Source: Anthoceros angustus
Taxonomy: Eukaryota; Plantae; Anthocerotophyta
Length of the DNA stretch: 64,000 nt
Direction of reading: 5' to 3'
NCBI GenBank assembly: GCA_010909165.1
Contig: MU008166.1
Location: 1,054,001-1,118,000 of the forward strand
Made by a program: the position numbers and the translations under genes. Shown here in pieces: positions 1-12,845 of the stretch (position 1 is the stretch's first letter; each line of letters begins with the position of its first letter). Below the pieces are notes generated by a model that saw only the letters and a program-made list of their open reading frames with translations, had not been told where the DNA came from and ran no database searches.

Positions 1-1327
1 CAAGAAGAGCACCAATGCGCAGAGGGCGGGGAAGGAGCGGGACAACTCGTCCTGCGTGGAGGAGGTGCTGGCGTCCCTGCCGGAGATTGATGACCCCAAG
101 CTGGTGCTGCCGCGGCTGGGCTCCTTCGATGCCTTCATGGAGGCGTCGCCGGAGGACCACGTCATGGGGAGCTTCTTCTCCGGGGAGAATTCGTCGGAGG
201 ATCACCTCGGGGAGGAGTCGGAGCGCACTCTGAATTGCTCCATCAAGTCGGAGATCGCGAGCCAGAGCGTGGTGGGGGGGAAGCGGATGGGGGTCAACTC
301 GCCCGCCAGCTCCATCAACCAGAAGAACAACAGCGGCAACACCAATAGCCTCATGGCCAGCAGCAGCACCGTCACCACTTCCAACATCTTCGACGCCGTC
401 TTCCCCGACAACAACAGCGACCACGACGCCAAGCGCGCGCGATTCATGAACGAAGCTGGCCATGTGGATCAAGCCCACAACAACAACAACAGCGCTAGCG
501 GCAGCAGCTGGAAGTGGCGCGGGCAAGCCCAGGCCGGGCCGCAGGGATTCCACCAATCCGAGGTGAAGGGGATGATGGTCAATCCGTTGAGAGGGAATGG
601 AAACGGGGCTGCGGCTCTCAATGCGCACGAGCTCAACGAGCTGCTGTCCAGGGCCAGCACCAACGCCATGGGCAACCGCTTTCTGGGCGGAGGAGGAGGA
701 GGAGGAGGAGGAGCGGCTCAGATTCTCAATCCCAACCTCTTGAGCCTTCCTCAGGGTCTGAATCTTCCTTCTCACCAGATGATGTCTGACAACCTGAGGA
801 CCCATCAGGCTGCGGCGGCCCATCAGGCGGCTGCTGCTGCTGCTGCCGCAGCAGCAGCAGCCCCTCAGGCTCCTCTGAGCCAGACGGGGTCTCAGGCGGA
901 GCATCAGTCTGTCATGGGACATGCCACTGTTGCTGCTGCCGCTCAGGGCTTGAACTTCCCCAGGCCGGAGTTTGAGGATGAGGCGCAGAGCAGCTTCAGG
1001 TCGTCTCCGGCCAACCGCAGCAACTTGACTACGGTCTTTCCTGCTCCTGCTGCTAACGCGGATGACCAGAGCTTGGACTCCATCGCCTACGGGATGCCCA
1101 CTGCTGATGGGCAGAGGGGGGAGGGGGACCTGTCCGGGCAGAGCAGGAGCATGCTGGGGCCGCTCCATCCTTTGCAGCATCAAGACAGCCTCGTGTCTCT
1201 GCTGGGAGGTGGATACCTGCCCAGCCTGGCTACCCACGGGCCTTACCAGCTTCACAGCCATCGCAGTGGTTCCTTCTACGACTTGATCATGGGCCAGGAT
1301 GTCGCCACTGGCCAGAGAGTGAACTGA
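1..1327 (+). CDS. C-terminal exon of a NAC transcription factor, stress-responsive ANAC019/055/072 (RD26)-like; NAC domain lies upstream of the window
   Basis: Frame open from base 2: KKSTNAQRAGKERDNSSCVEEVLASLPEIDDPKLVLPRLGS. It starts like the end of NAC subdomain E (CRIYKK) and carries the 'DVLESLPEIDD..LPRxxS' motif of RD26-type NACs, then a low-complexity Q/A/G/N activation region, stop at 1327. Confidence 0.7.
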   Translation, partial: KKSTNAQRAGKERDNSSCVEEVLASLPEIDDPKLVLPRLGSFDAFMEASPEDHVMGSFFSGENSSEDHLGEESERTLNCSIKSEIASQSVVGGKRMGVNSPASSINQKNNSGNTNSLMASSSTVTTSNIFDAVFPDNNSDHDAKRARFMNEAGHVDQAHNNNNSASGSSWKWRGQAQAGPQGFHQSEVKGMMVNPLRGNGNGAAALNAHELNELLSRASTNAMGNRFLGGGGGGGGGAAQILNPNLLSLPQGLNLPSHQMMSDNLRTHQAAAAHQAAAAAAAAAAAAPQAPLSQTGSQAEHQSVMGHATVAAAAQGLNFPRPEFEDEAQSSFRSSPANRSNLTTVFPAPAANADDQSLDSIAYGMPTADGQRGEGDLSGQSRSMLGPLHPLQHQDSLVSLLGGGYLPSLATHGPYQLHSHRSGSFYDLIMGQDVATGQRVN

Positions 1328-2369
1328 CATGACACGCCTCCTGCTGGCTGCAGCCTGCAGCTAGTCTGTTGGTTTGACAACGTTCCCACGGCGCACACCG
1401 ATTCCAGACACAGGTTGCACATATGGTAGGAGATGGAGCAGGCTTCGTCGTCACTAGTCTGCTTCCGACGTACACGGCGAGGAGGAGGTCTTCTCAAGGT
1501 TTGTTCATTTGTTGCTGTGACATGACATTCAAGTCTAGAGGCCTCGACATGATTCCACCCACAAGTGAGCATGAGGGTACGGTATGGAAGAAGGAGACAA
1601 TGCCATGGGATCTTTCGGCAACCTTCCTTCTCTTTCGCATATATAAGTGCAGGGAAGTGAGCAAGGGGTTTTGGCATTGCAGCAGACGTGAAGGATTAGT
1701 CTGCAGGCAGCAAAGTATAAGAGCTGGGAGGGCTTCCTGCAGACCTTCCAGATCAGCGGCGATGTGCATCCTATCCTCCACAGCATCTGGCAGGCTTACG
1801 ATTCGCCCCCAACAACGCACGACAGTCACAACACACTTACAACAGTCAGCTTCAAGCTGCGAGGGGTCTTAACATCCATCAGCTCATCACCGACCATCTC
1901 CACGTCAATCTTCAGCAGCGATGAGTTTGGCGGCAGCAAGGCAACATCAGGATCCAAGCTTCAAGTGCCCGAGCAAATGAGGTTTGATTGTTCAACTTTT
2001 GACACAAGATGATGATCAGCACAGCGATGTGATTAGTGTACATTCTTGCTGCGACAAGCTCGAGTTTCCCACACTCTTGACTGGCCGCTGAGTTTGTAGA
2101 ATTTGTAGCATGTTGTACCAGCTTACAAAACGTTCGATGTAGGCCTAGGTCACTTTACCATTGTAGCGTAGCACGCACCAGGCTAGGTAGTAGATTCCAT
2201 TCTTTGATTTGATTGGGACCCATTACATATTGATGAGCTCCATGAATCCACACCCAGGACAATAATTGTGTATCTTCTAACCATGCTCATTAGATCATGC
2301 ATCTCCGCGATGCAGACATTGTATAATTTTCCATCACTCAGCTCGTCTTAGCTATATAGATCAGTTCCT

Positions 2370-2940
2370 GGGAAACTGGTGACAATTCCCAACTTGGCGT
2401 AGCCGCAGCCATGTAGCCTCGTAGAGACCTCTCAAGTCCTTCTGCTTGGTCGGAATATATGTACGGTCTTCATTCTGAGATGAAGCCTGTCCTTCAATCC
2501 CACTGGGGACGGGGACGGGGACGGGGCCGATCATTTGTAGATGGTTTGCAGTTGTACTGGAGGCAGTTTAGATGCAAGGCACATGGAGTCCGCCTCTGTA
2601 TATTGCTTTTCTTTATTCATCCTCTCAATTGCTGCTATTGAGCACATTGTGCATCTTCCAAAAAGGTTTGCCATGGCGTTCTCCTTGCGTCTCATCCCGC
2701 ACGTTCCTGTATGCTGCCGTTGCCGGGAGACGGACAGTTTCCCACTTGGAAAGGCCAGCCATGGCCTTGTGGAGCTGAGCTCATCCTACTTCTCGGAATA
2801 TGTGTACGGTTTCCACTGCTTGGGGCGAGGTCGATCATTGTAGATGGAGTACTGGAGGGAGTTCAGATGCAAGGCACATGGAGTCCGCCAGTGTATAGTT
2901 TTGTCTTCATTATTCGTGTGCTCAATTGCTCCTTCCAAGT
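2370..2940 (+). repeat. Two diverged tandem copies (about 300 bp) resembling exon 1 of the downstream DnaJ-like gene
   Basis: Shared blocks 'cggaatat.tgtacggt', 'gatcatt.gtagatgg' and 'tactggagg.agtt.agatgcaaggcacatggagtccgcc' at about 2450-2600 and 2793-2890. 'atggcgttctccttg' (2673) resembles 'atggggttctccttg' (3142). Confidence 0.6.
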
Positions 2941-3141
2941 GCTGTGTTAGCATGCGAACACGCTCATGGCTGTGGGTTGCATGCGCAAGGGCTGGGACAA
3001 TCATCGTCCCGTCAGCTCATTCATTACTGCTGCGAAAAGGAGCGGCTCACAGAAGAAAAGTTTGTGAAAAATTTTAATCCCCACTTAAGAACATGGAACA
3101 CCTACGTTGCGGACTGGTAAGCTTTCTGTGCAGGTTTGGCT

Positions 3142-4055
3142 ATGGGGTTCTCCTTGTTCCTCAACTCCACACGATTGGGCCCGCCGGTGCCGTCGTGTCC
3201 AGCCAGGGATCCCTTCCCGGGCGCCTCGTCATGGGAGCTGCGTGACTTAGGGTTCCACTTTTGCCCGCAAAGGGTTTGCACCGGTTACGGCTTGCCTACC
3301 AGGAGCTTCAGGCCCGGTGGCGGTGGAAGGGATCGCAAGCAGCCATATAGGTGGCGGGTAAAGGCTTTTGACGTACACGAAGCCCTTTCAGCTCAGGTAC
3401 ATCACCTCCAAGTGCTGCTGTCTGTGGCTTTTAGAAACACCTCACCATCGTGGACCCCTTTCAGCAGGAATCAGATGCTCCGTTTAGGGTAGCAGATGTG
3501 ATGGCATCTCAGCTTTCCACATCGTGAGCTTTCTAAGTCCAGTGTCTCGACATGTTCACCTGAGATTTTTCCAGTGATCACTATCGGGTTGTGCATGACA
3601 TTATCTTGTCTGTGTTATGTTTTGCAAACTCCTCTGACTTGCAGCTGAGACGTCGTCATTTCACAGGCCGCAAAGCAACGACATAGTATAGCCTGTGACA
3701 TGTGTAGTGGCAGAGGATGGCTGCAATGTGATTTCTGCAACGGCAAGAGAACCGATGTTCCTGCCAAGAACGGTCGTATTTATCGACGTTGTCCTTCCTG
3801 CAGAGCAGTAAGTCCCGGTTGCCCAGTGCTGAACTCTACTGGTGGAGCATGGTTTTGCAAAACGCCGGCAGTTGGCTTGAGCTTGTCGTGAAACTTGGTA
3901 CGTTGGAGGTATGTGGGCAAATGCCCATGTGTTCCAGATATTGATCGAAAGGTGGTTGCTTTGCCTCGATGCAGGTAGGAGTCCTGATCTGCTCTGAGTG
4001 TAAAGTATACAAATGCATGACATTTCCCGACGGTAACGATGGGGGCTTCGACTAG
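3142..4055 (+). CDS. DnaJ-like cysteine-rich zinc-finger protein lacking a J domain, with probable plastid transit peptide; exons about 3142-3396, 3667-3807, 3975-4055
   Basis: Spliced product ...AAKQRHSIACDMCSGRGWLQCDFCNGKRTDVPAKNGRIYRRCPSCRA|VGVLICSECKVYKCMTFPDGNDGGFD*. It has CxxCxGxG repeats, canonical GT-AG sites and all three exons in phase 0. The exon 2 acceptor is uncertain (3645 vs 3667). Confidence 0.8.
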
Positions 4056-7000
4056 TTGTAGTCTGAACACTGCTGTAAATGGGTGAGATCGAGGCGGCTC
4101 TTTGAAACAGGACTGTAGAGAGAGTTCCTTATCCAAACCTGAGACAACCATTTGATGCCCAGTTTAGTCTGCTCTGCATCTTTATCTGTGCACGTACGGG
4201 TCGAAGGAACTCCAGCAGTCTGCTAGGTCTTTCAAGCAAGATTACATAAACCCGGACTAGTCAGCAAGAAGTGATGAACGACCTTGACACATTCGTAACC
4301 CAAGACAGGGAGTACCGGATGCTCAGTGAATACTCAGAATTCTAGTGCGACGACATGAAGACCCCATGGCGGCCCTTACTGTTCAACCTGGTCGTTGCTT
4401 TACGCCCGAGGATGTCTACAGTCTGAACAACGATCGGGTTGCCTCCCCATCACTGCTGTCTGATTTCTCTGAGCTCGGGAAACCGAGCGGTGGACGTAGT
4501 CTACCCGTAGTGGGGTCGGGAAGCTTCCCAAGCCAACCTTTTCGACCCATGGGCATCAGGTAAATGGTCGGAGAGGTCCATGGGACGGACATTATCTGCA
4601 GAGTTATGGCAGAGCAGGAACGGTGCCTTCATTACTGTCCTTTGAATCAAAGATATGTGTTTTAATAAAACGGTTAAGGGCCTAATAATATAATTACAGG
4701 GAATTTTGCATAGCACGGGTGGTGCAGTGGTAAGTACAGGTTTATCTCCCTTTTAATTTTAAGTCTATATAAGCTAAGAGATATTATATTCTTTTACCTC
4801 TTTTATGCTGAACTATCTTTATCCCATGGTGGTCCTTCCACCCATTGGAGAGAGAAATAAAGTTGTTATTGTTGTTGGTAGGGCAGCTTCCTATAGCTGA
4901 CTAGACCAGGTTTTGATTCCCAATAGGTGCATGAGAAATAGAAGGCATGAGATTTATGTCCATATTTTGAAAATATTTTCTTTCCCTCCCTCTTTTCATA
5001 TTGTATTGATGTAGATAATTACAATCTCTCTTTATTACAAAAGAACTCTAGGACCCTAGCTCACTTCAGTGTTGACCACATTTACTACATCAAGACTCTA
5101 AGCCACTTTATCTTTAAATATAGTTAATATGTAATATCTCATTATTAATTACATTTAGGAAGCTTGTATGAGAATCTACAACAAAGTCATCCTCTCTACT
5201 AGAGGGAGCATGAAAGCATACTTTCTTAGATTCACGCTAGTCCAACAAATTAAAAAATCACTTACAATCATAATACAATTCGTGCACCACTGCAATCCAA
5301 CTGATGAAGTTTAAATTATGCACAGCCTTTGAACTCCAACCTCAGTTTTCACCTCCTTTGATGTAAGTTAGGATCTTCCAAAAAAGAAAGTTTTAGTTTC
5401 AAAATCATTTGTAGTCATACACCGTCTTATTTTCTAGCTAATCATGTTTAAGATCACCTAACATGAAATACACGCATTCCTACTTCTACTTAGAAGTGCA
5501 TTGATGTAACTCCTTCCACTCTCATAGCTTGACCTTCCACTCTTGCAGTTAAACTTGTTACATTGTGAACTTTATATAATCTTGTGACTAAGTAATTTTC
5601 TTGAACCCAAAGATGTATAGGGCACAAGTTCCGCATTCTTCTTCTTCTTCCTATCTTATTAATAGTCTTGTAATCTCATGACCGCATTAATATGGCTTTC
5701 TTCATTCTACATCGTTGATTTGTACCGTGGTCACCGTACTTAGAACTTAAGAACCTATTTACGTATTAATTAAATAATAATTTTCTGGGTAATAGATTTG
5801 ACTACCTACTCAAGATGTTAGAAAACTCTGGGAACTTTTATTAATGTATTAATTTAAAATCAAAATTAATATTATGATGTTTGGTATTGGGGACCTACAT
5901 AGCGATGCCGTTGGTATTTGGGACCATACGGGTATCATATTCGGGATCCAATGCATGGGTTTGCCTGATGGCTTGCTCTTGCCAGCTTCAGGAATCAGAT
6001 GTCTCCTTGAAAGTTAAATATCCTCCTGGAGGAATATCCTCGACCATGGCCTACCTTGATTTACTTGGCTACCCTCCTCTGGAAAGATTGGGTCTGTGCA
6101 ACCCGACCGGTAGTGTGTGGCGCTCCAGTCCCATCGTCTCGATGAAGACTCTGATCAGTACACTACGACATGGGAAGGAGAGCAGCGGGGAAGACCTCCT
6201 CTGGCATCTCCGACGTGACCACGAAACTCAGTGAGGTACACGCTCCGTGCTTATTTTTGGCTACCTATCCAGAGTGGTTTTGTTGATTAGGTATGGCAAC
6301 AGAGGCCACAGTTCTGCTATTGACGATGGCCCAATGTCTGTTGCTGCTTGGCCAAACCTGGCTACCTAAAGCTAGCTACATGTGAATTGTGCTCTGCTGC
6401 AAGCATTAGGTCACGTCTCACAGTCTGTATGGAGTGTTTGAATTTTTTCTGGTTTGAATCTGTTTCAGGATCTCAAGGCGGTTGATCCTGACTCTGTATG
6501 GTGCCGTGAGTAACCTCACGTGCCTACCAGCAATTGTTTCAAAAGCACGATCCTGCTCGATACCCGCATCCTGGAAATTGCTCACGAGCCAAAGCTGTGG
6601 TAACGTGATACTTACAAATCGCAACCAGGTCTGCTTTCCTCTCCTCGTGCTCGTCATCTGTTTCGCAGAAATCAGTATCATCTGATTGCCGGCACAACGA
6701 TTGCTTCCAAGGATGCCGACTCCACGTTCCCGGCCTCCCAGGTTCCAACTCACCATGCTCTTCCTTTGGTTTCGATGGTGGAATCTGACCTGATCTCAGG
6801 AACCCTAAGGCAGGGTAAGGAGCCAGCATGGTTTTAACATTATTGCCTGTGGACAGGCATCTCAGTTCCTGGACCAGTGCCTCGTTAGCTTGACCACGAG
6901 TCAGTGCTATCAGTTTCTCTAAAAAACAAAAGTCGGTGCAAGCACACTCCCAGCCGGAGCCATGACATTGCTGGAGAGGATACTGGCTACACCTACGTCG

Positions 7001-7699
7001 AGCACCAATTATATCTCCAAAGGTGCTTTCTGGGCAACCAGTCATCTCTTCCAGCTCCTTGTGCTTCCTTTCCAAGCATCAAGTCAATCAAGGCTAGCCA
7101 CGTCCGGCACCCATTTATGTGTCTAAGGTACTTTCTGGGCAACCCTTTCATGTGTTCCAGCTCGTGGTGCATCCTTCCAGAGAACAGGTCAATCATTCAT
7201 GACTCTAACCAGCTTTCCTGGAAATCAGCCTTGATCCTTTCCTTGTATTCATCCTACGATGCACACTAGTGTGAGGCATCATCCCTTCACATTTCTATTA
7301 ATTGCTCCCAGGCTGTTAGACACAATCCCACACAACCTGTATGCAGGAGGCGTGTCAAGCACTCCATCTCCTGCCTTATGGCTCAAGATTTGGCAACTGT
7401 AATAAGCTCGACAGATTGCTCCGTCCGCAGGTTCTGGAAGCCTGAAGCAAGTGTGATATCATATTTCTTTGGCTCTCCTCGCCACTGAACCGGCAGCAGC
7501 CCTCAAAAACCAGCACACAAATCCGTCAACTGTCCATTACAGTATAAGAAGGCAGCCGCCATTCGGATGCAGAAGGTCGGCGACACCAACCCTGATGCCA
7601 ACTTGGCCGCAAAATGCGGCCCACCACCGTCTTCCGCTGTTATCTGCCTGCAAGTAGCGAGCATTCGACACGCACGGTGAGGCGAGCGTTTTATTCCCA

Positions 7700-7840
7700 A
7701 CGCCCACGTGGAGCCCACGTCATACGAGGGTCGACCCCCCCACGTGGTGTGGCGCACGCCTGACGCGGTCTTCTCCACATCAGCGGCCACGTCTGATATG
7801 TGGGTACTGCATTTTCCGCGATACCACGTGATATAAATCA
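7700..7840 (+). promoter_or_regulatory. Cluster of five ACGT-core G-box/ABRE-like elements followed by TATAAAT
   Basis: CCACGTGG (about 7704), CCACGTCA (about 7716), CCACGTGG (about 7740), GCCACGTC (about 7786), CCACGTGA (about 7824), with the last directly before 'tataaat'. Confidence 0.4.
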
Positions 7841-9732
7841 CCCCATACAATATCTTATTACAGCACTTCATTTATTTTATCCCTTTATTCGCAAAAGATT
7901 ATTCTGTCCGAAGCCACCAGCACATATATTTCGCAAATAGCGGCACTTGCATATCCACACTCCGGAGTCTAAGATTCTATGTGGACTAAACAAAATAGCT
8001 CATGCAGCCCATGTGTTGCTTTTGTACACCAAGCGAATATCTTGGAATTAGTTGTACGAAGTATTTCTAATAAACGAAAAAAGCTTCCAATAAAATAGGA
8101 GCTCAGATTTCATATCCATAGTGAGTGGTACAAGACGGATACAGGGTTTGTTTTTGCAGGATGCTTATTCATGGGGCAAAGCAATCTGGAAACACAAATA
8201 ACAAGAGTCCAAACTTTTGGTCATCTAAACAAGAGCATATAGACTCCAATATGACTTCACCAAGTACATACATAGATCCAAAGCGTTAAGAGTGTGTTGC
8301 ACCCCATTGACTTGAAAAATGGAGAATCAAGCAGACATTCTCCTCAAATCAAACATTCTTGTTCAACACCTCTAGTCATTCACTTCACTGCACAGCGCAG
8401 CGGCACAGCGGCACAGCGTATGTAGACAATAGATGAAAAGGAGCCAAAAGACAAAATTGGGTACACATTTATATGTAGATGGGTTCCAATGGGCACGGGG
8501 CAGCAGAGCAGGTAGGGGAGGATGGATTTTGTGAGAGGAGGCAGGGGATCAGGAGGACAAAAAGAAAAACAAGAGAGATGGGCGGACGCGTCCATACAGG
8601 CCGAGCCCAAAGGCTGAGAGCCCGTTGGGGCCTTTAGCATCTGAAAAAGCAGCACGCGGTGCGCGCCAAGCTCGGCAGCTCGGCAGCTCGGCATGGGCCA
8701 CCAACCCCCCATTCATTGCCAGAAACTCCCCCGACGCCCGTCCAGGAGCGTCACGTGATAATAATAATACAGAGGCAAAGGAGGTGAGCCGACCCGGTCC
8801 GGGCCGGGGGCAGGGGCAGGGGCAGGGGCCCGGGCCGGCCCGTTTCAGGCCGTGTGACATCGGTCAGCGCGCCCGCCCGGCCGCCCGCCCAAGGCGTTAC
8901 AGTAGCTAGGCGCACGGCCCGAATGGCTTGGCGCCATGGAAGTCTGACACCAAGGCGAGGTGATAATTCCATTTTCCTGGGCGGGAGCGGATCCAACGGT
9001 TTCAATTTCCCAGCAGCAGCCTGCACCCGACTGGTGGGTCTCAGAGCGTATTCATGAAATGAAAATGAAATGGAAGGAGACGCTGCATTCAATGCGGGGC
9101 TGGGCGGTGGAGTTGTTTACTGTTGTGGGCGATGGCCGAGAGCGAAGCGGATTCGTTTCGTTCAGCCCGTTTTTGTCGCCTTCCCTGGGCGATCTTGAGG
9201 CTTGCAGGACCACACCACATGCAGCCTTCTCCATGTGTCCATGTAGCTTTCTGAAGGGCTAGCTAGCTAGCTAGGGCAATGGCAGGTGTCTGTGATATGT
9301 ACTCCACATGCGTTTCATTGCATTCATTCCCGTGCCAGACTCCACACTCCACACAAGTGATTCTGATGTACATACCTACACAGAGTATGTAAAAGAAAAA
9401 GGAGGGCGCCGCTCTTGCAGCAGGACCAGGCCAGGCCAGGCCAGGCCTTCATTCCCTCTGCTGGCTGGGCCTGTTGCGCCTGCAGCCCAATCCGGGTGCG
9501 TTATAAAAGATGAGATATCACGTTTCTCGCTGCGGGGCTGCAGGCAGCAGGCTGCAGGCTGCGGGCAGGCGTTAGGCGAATGGGGAGAAGGGCGGTTGCC
9601 ATCGCCTTGTGGGGCTTTGTTTACGGGGCGGTGCGAAAGCCATGAGCGCTTGTCCTGGAGCCACAAAGGCGTTTTGTCTTGCAGAGCCTGAACCTGGCTC
9701 CAGATTGAGAGATTCCTTCGCTCCACCCGCTG

Positions 9733-9765
<33 letters not shown>

Positions 9766-10724
9766 AGCTCCACGAGCTCTTGCCCTCGTACAGGGCGGGC
9801 TGCATTGTTTTTGCATACCATCCCCAGCAGGCCAGCGGGCCAGCAGGCAGCAGCAGCATATAGACTATGTGTTTGGAGGTGAGCGATCGCGAGCTGCAGG
9901 TGGGTGCAAGGTATGAAAACATGATGAACATCTCTGTGGTGTAGTGCAGTGTCATGTAATGTAATGTAAATGTACACCGCTGGGCTGGCCTGGGCTGGGC
10001 TGCCATACGGTGCTGCTCCTGCTGGAGCTGGTCTGCCACTTTCTCTTGCCGCTCTGCCGCGTACGGGGACGGCCCGAAACGGGATTGTTAATAGGAGTTT
10101 GGGCACAATCAGGGAGGCTGGAAAGCAGCTTTCAGAGGCGGTCGTGTAAAAAGCAGCCGACCACTTCGGGTGGCCGTTTCACAGCCAAGTAAACAAAGCG
10201 ACTTGCACGAATAGCTACAGCGGTGGACCACAAGCAGCCGGAATCGGGCCGCGTCACATCCCTCGGTTGTCCACCACGTCCCAGACAATCTGCGTGGTGG
10301 CCAATGGCCCCAACCCCGGGCCGGGCCGGGCCGGGCCGGGGGCCCCGTCCACCCCGCCCCGCTCCCGCTTTTCCACTGTGCCTGTGTGAACAGGGCCGTC
10401 CATCATTTCCAGGACCATAAACGGGCCGCGTCCGGGCCCTCTAGTGGACGGACGCGTGGGCGAGTCACGGGTGTTTGCGCCCTTTCACGGCCCCACCGCG
10501 GTACCAACAGAGCCGTCCGTGGACCGTCGGGCGTCGGCCCGTCCATGATGTACGGCTTTACACCCGCGATCTTTATTCATACAGTGTGCATACGGCGCCT
10601 TTGCATTGCCAGCGCCCACACCCGCCTCCCTATACGCCCCTTGCAGGAGCTCCAGAAGCTTCCTTCATGCTTTCCTTTCCTTCCCTTTCCCCGTCGCGGA
10701 TCGTACGGTGGGAGTTGTAAATCG

Positions 10725-10918
10725 TAAGTTGTAAGTAGTAACTTGTAAGTTGGAAGTTGCGAGATTGTGGGGTTTTGTGGGTTGGGCTTGCGCTCATGAA
10801 TATGTGCGAATATCGAGTGACGTTGTAAGTTGTAAGTTGTAAAGTTGTAAGTTGTGAGATGTGGGTTTTTGTGGGTTTCAGCTTCCGGTGATGAATATGT
10901 GCGAATATATCGAGTTGA
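10725..10918 (+). repeat. (GTTGTAA)n micro-repeat within an approximately 95 bp direct duplication
   Basis: 'aagttg.gagat.gtggg.ttttgtgggtt...atgaatatgtgcgaatat..cgagt' occurs twice. Confidence 0.7.
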
Positions 10919-12633
10919 AGGAAGGAGCGGCGAAGCGTCATGTCGGATCGGAGAGCGGGCCGTGGCCCCGGAATGCATGTGCATGAGAGAGCGCTGCTTA
11001 TTGGAGCGCTAAGCACATGCAATGTTCCGGCCGGATAAGCGGGAGATGAAGCTCATGGCCCGGGGACGCAAAGCCATGTTCCGCTTGTCCTCACCCTCAC
11101 GCTGGCCCACACACGATATAACCGGCCGGGAACTACATGGGTGACCATGCCAATCTCCGGCTATAGACAAGGTTACAACAACTAAAGCCCCACCACTTTT
11201 GAATCAAATCTCCCACACCCCCACGCCGGAATCCCCACAGTCCACCCACTCCCCCACCCTACGCGTTTCCTACGTACGAAACGCCAGCCCGAGAATCGGC
11301 TCGGCGCAAAAACTGAAACGGATTCCGTTGCGCGTGCGAACCGGCGGCGAGATCTGTTGCCGCAGTCAGCGCCGCAGATTTAGGGGCCCAAGCGGCCAGG
11401 GCCAGGCAGCGCCTCGATGGCGGCCACCAGCCAATCTGCAATCATTGGTCGACGTGGGAATTTGACGTGGCCCGTGCGGTGCGCGGGCACGTTCCAACTG
11501 GCGGGGCTGGGCCCCACGCCGGTATGTAGGTTCGAACCGGGCCGTATGTATTTTTAGCAGCCGTATGGAAGACGCATGGTATTTCCGGCGAGGACGCCAA
11601 CGCCGTACAAAATACAGCTAAGCCGGGGTAGCCGGCGGCAATTTGACCGGCGACCCAAGCAGCGTGCGGTTTCGCCGTGCGGTGTCGGTGGCCTCACTTT
11701 TGCCGCCTGGGAGGCTCGCTGTCAGGTAGTTGCAAGAAATTGGAAGAAAAGGCTGACGGAAATACAAGAATAAAAAAATGCCATCGCCTAGGCCGGGGCC
11801 GGGGCCGGGGCCCGGGGCCCGGGCTCCTCTAAACTTGGCCCAGCCCGGGCAGGCCATCCCGACTTTCGCACGCTTCCCACCATATTTAGCCCACAGCTGA
11901 AAAGTGGGCCAAAATAGTCAAACCAGAGCGCTGGCCTTTTGCTCTTGGCTTTTTTGTTTACGCAATAAGTGCGGGACAGTCGCTACCACCAGCACCAGTC
12001 CACCACTCCCCCACTCCCCACGACCTCCTCCCCCCCTTTCATTTGGATGCTATTTGGCCCATGAGTTTTTGGTGCGCCTTTTTTCCAGTTCACAGGGCCG
12101 GCTAGGATCTCACAAATATAGACATCTATTTAAATATTCGTTGTTTCAGATAGAATATTCAAATATTTTATTCTTTCAGGTAGAATATTTAATTAATTTG
12201 ATTTAATGAATACTCATGAGATTTAGGCAACTCAACTCTTATAGCAAGGGTTAAGCATTTCCGGGTTGGATGATTGCTGGCATGGGAGATACAACCTCTT
12301 GGTATACTATCCCTTCTTGGAGTCGGGTGCCTATCCCAAGCGTTTTGGGCCGATGCTGGTTGTGAAGATCCTTCAACCCCTTCGTATAAGACCCTTTGAA
12401 ATCCCTCATATGTAAGCTCTCCAATAATGTCCTTCGGGACCGTGATACATCTCCGATTTTGTAAGGCTTTTCACTGTCTCCTAAAAATTTGAATAAAATA
12501 TTCGCCATGTAAGACACATATAAGGTTTTTAATAATAAAAGAATTTAAGGATATCGAAGGATATATAGCTAGAGAGTTTTCTTTGTCACATTAGAGTTTG
12601 GGTATGGTTTACCTTAAGAACCCATGTGCATTA

Positions 12634-12845
12634 GTGCATTCCTATTCTCGAATGGAACACATCTATAAGAACGTCGTTATTGAGCATCCAGCACTTAGAT
12701 GGGTGCCTACAGGGAGTGGATGCGCTTGGTGCAAGTAGCGTAGGCACACCATGGTACAAGCTATCGGGTAAAACGTCTTGTCCCATGGCGAAATGACCGT
12801 CCTTAGTGGACAATTGTAGGTTCTTTTTTGTTTGTTTTTCTATTT
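12634..12845 (+). mobile_element. 5S rRNA-derived SINE-like repeat, copy 1 (longer 5' head, internal deletion)
   Basis: 'atctataagaacgtcgttattgagcat...cacttagatgggtgcc' resembles 5S 'atcccatcagaactccgaagttaagcgt...tactaggatgggtgacc'. The body is shared with 42131-42300 and ends in a T-rich tail. Confidence 0.55.

Noticed and set aside
1423-2012. ORFs downstream of the first NAC stop codon
   Set aside because: No recognisable homology or convincing splice connection, so they are treated as 3' UTR or intergenic.
3645-3666. In-frame TGA before exon 2 of the DnaJ-like gene (possible recoding)
   Set aside because: Use of the CAG acceptor at 3666, or a 1 nt indel error, explains it without selenocysteine or editing.
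9421-9460. miR166-like 'ccaggccttcattccc'
   Set aside because: It is generated by a (CCAGG)n microsatellite, and no star arm is visible.
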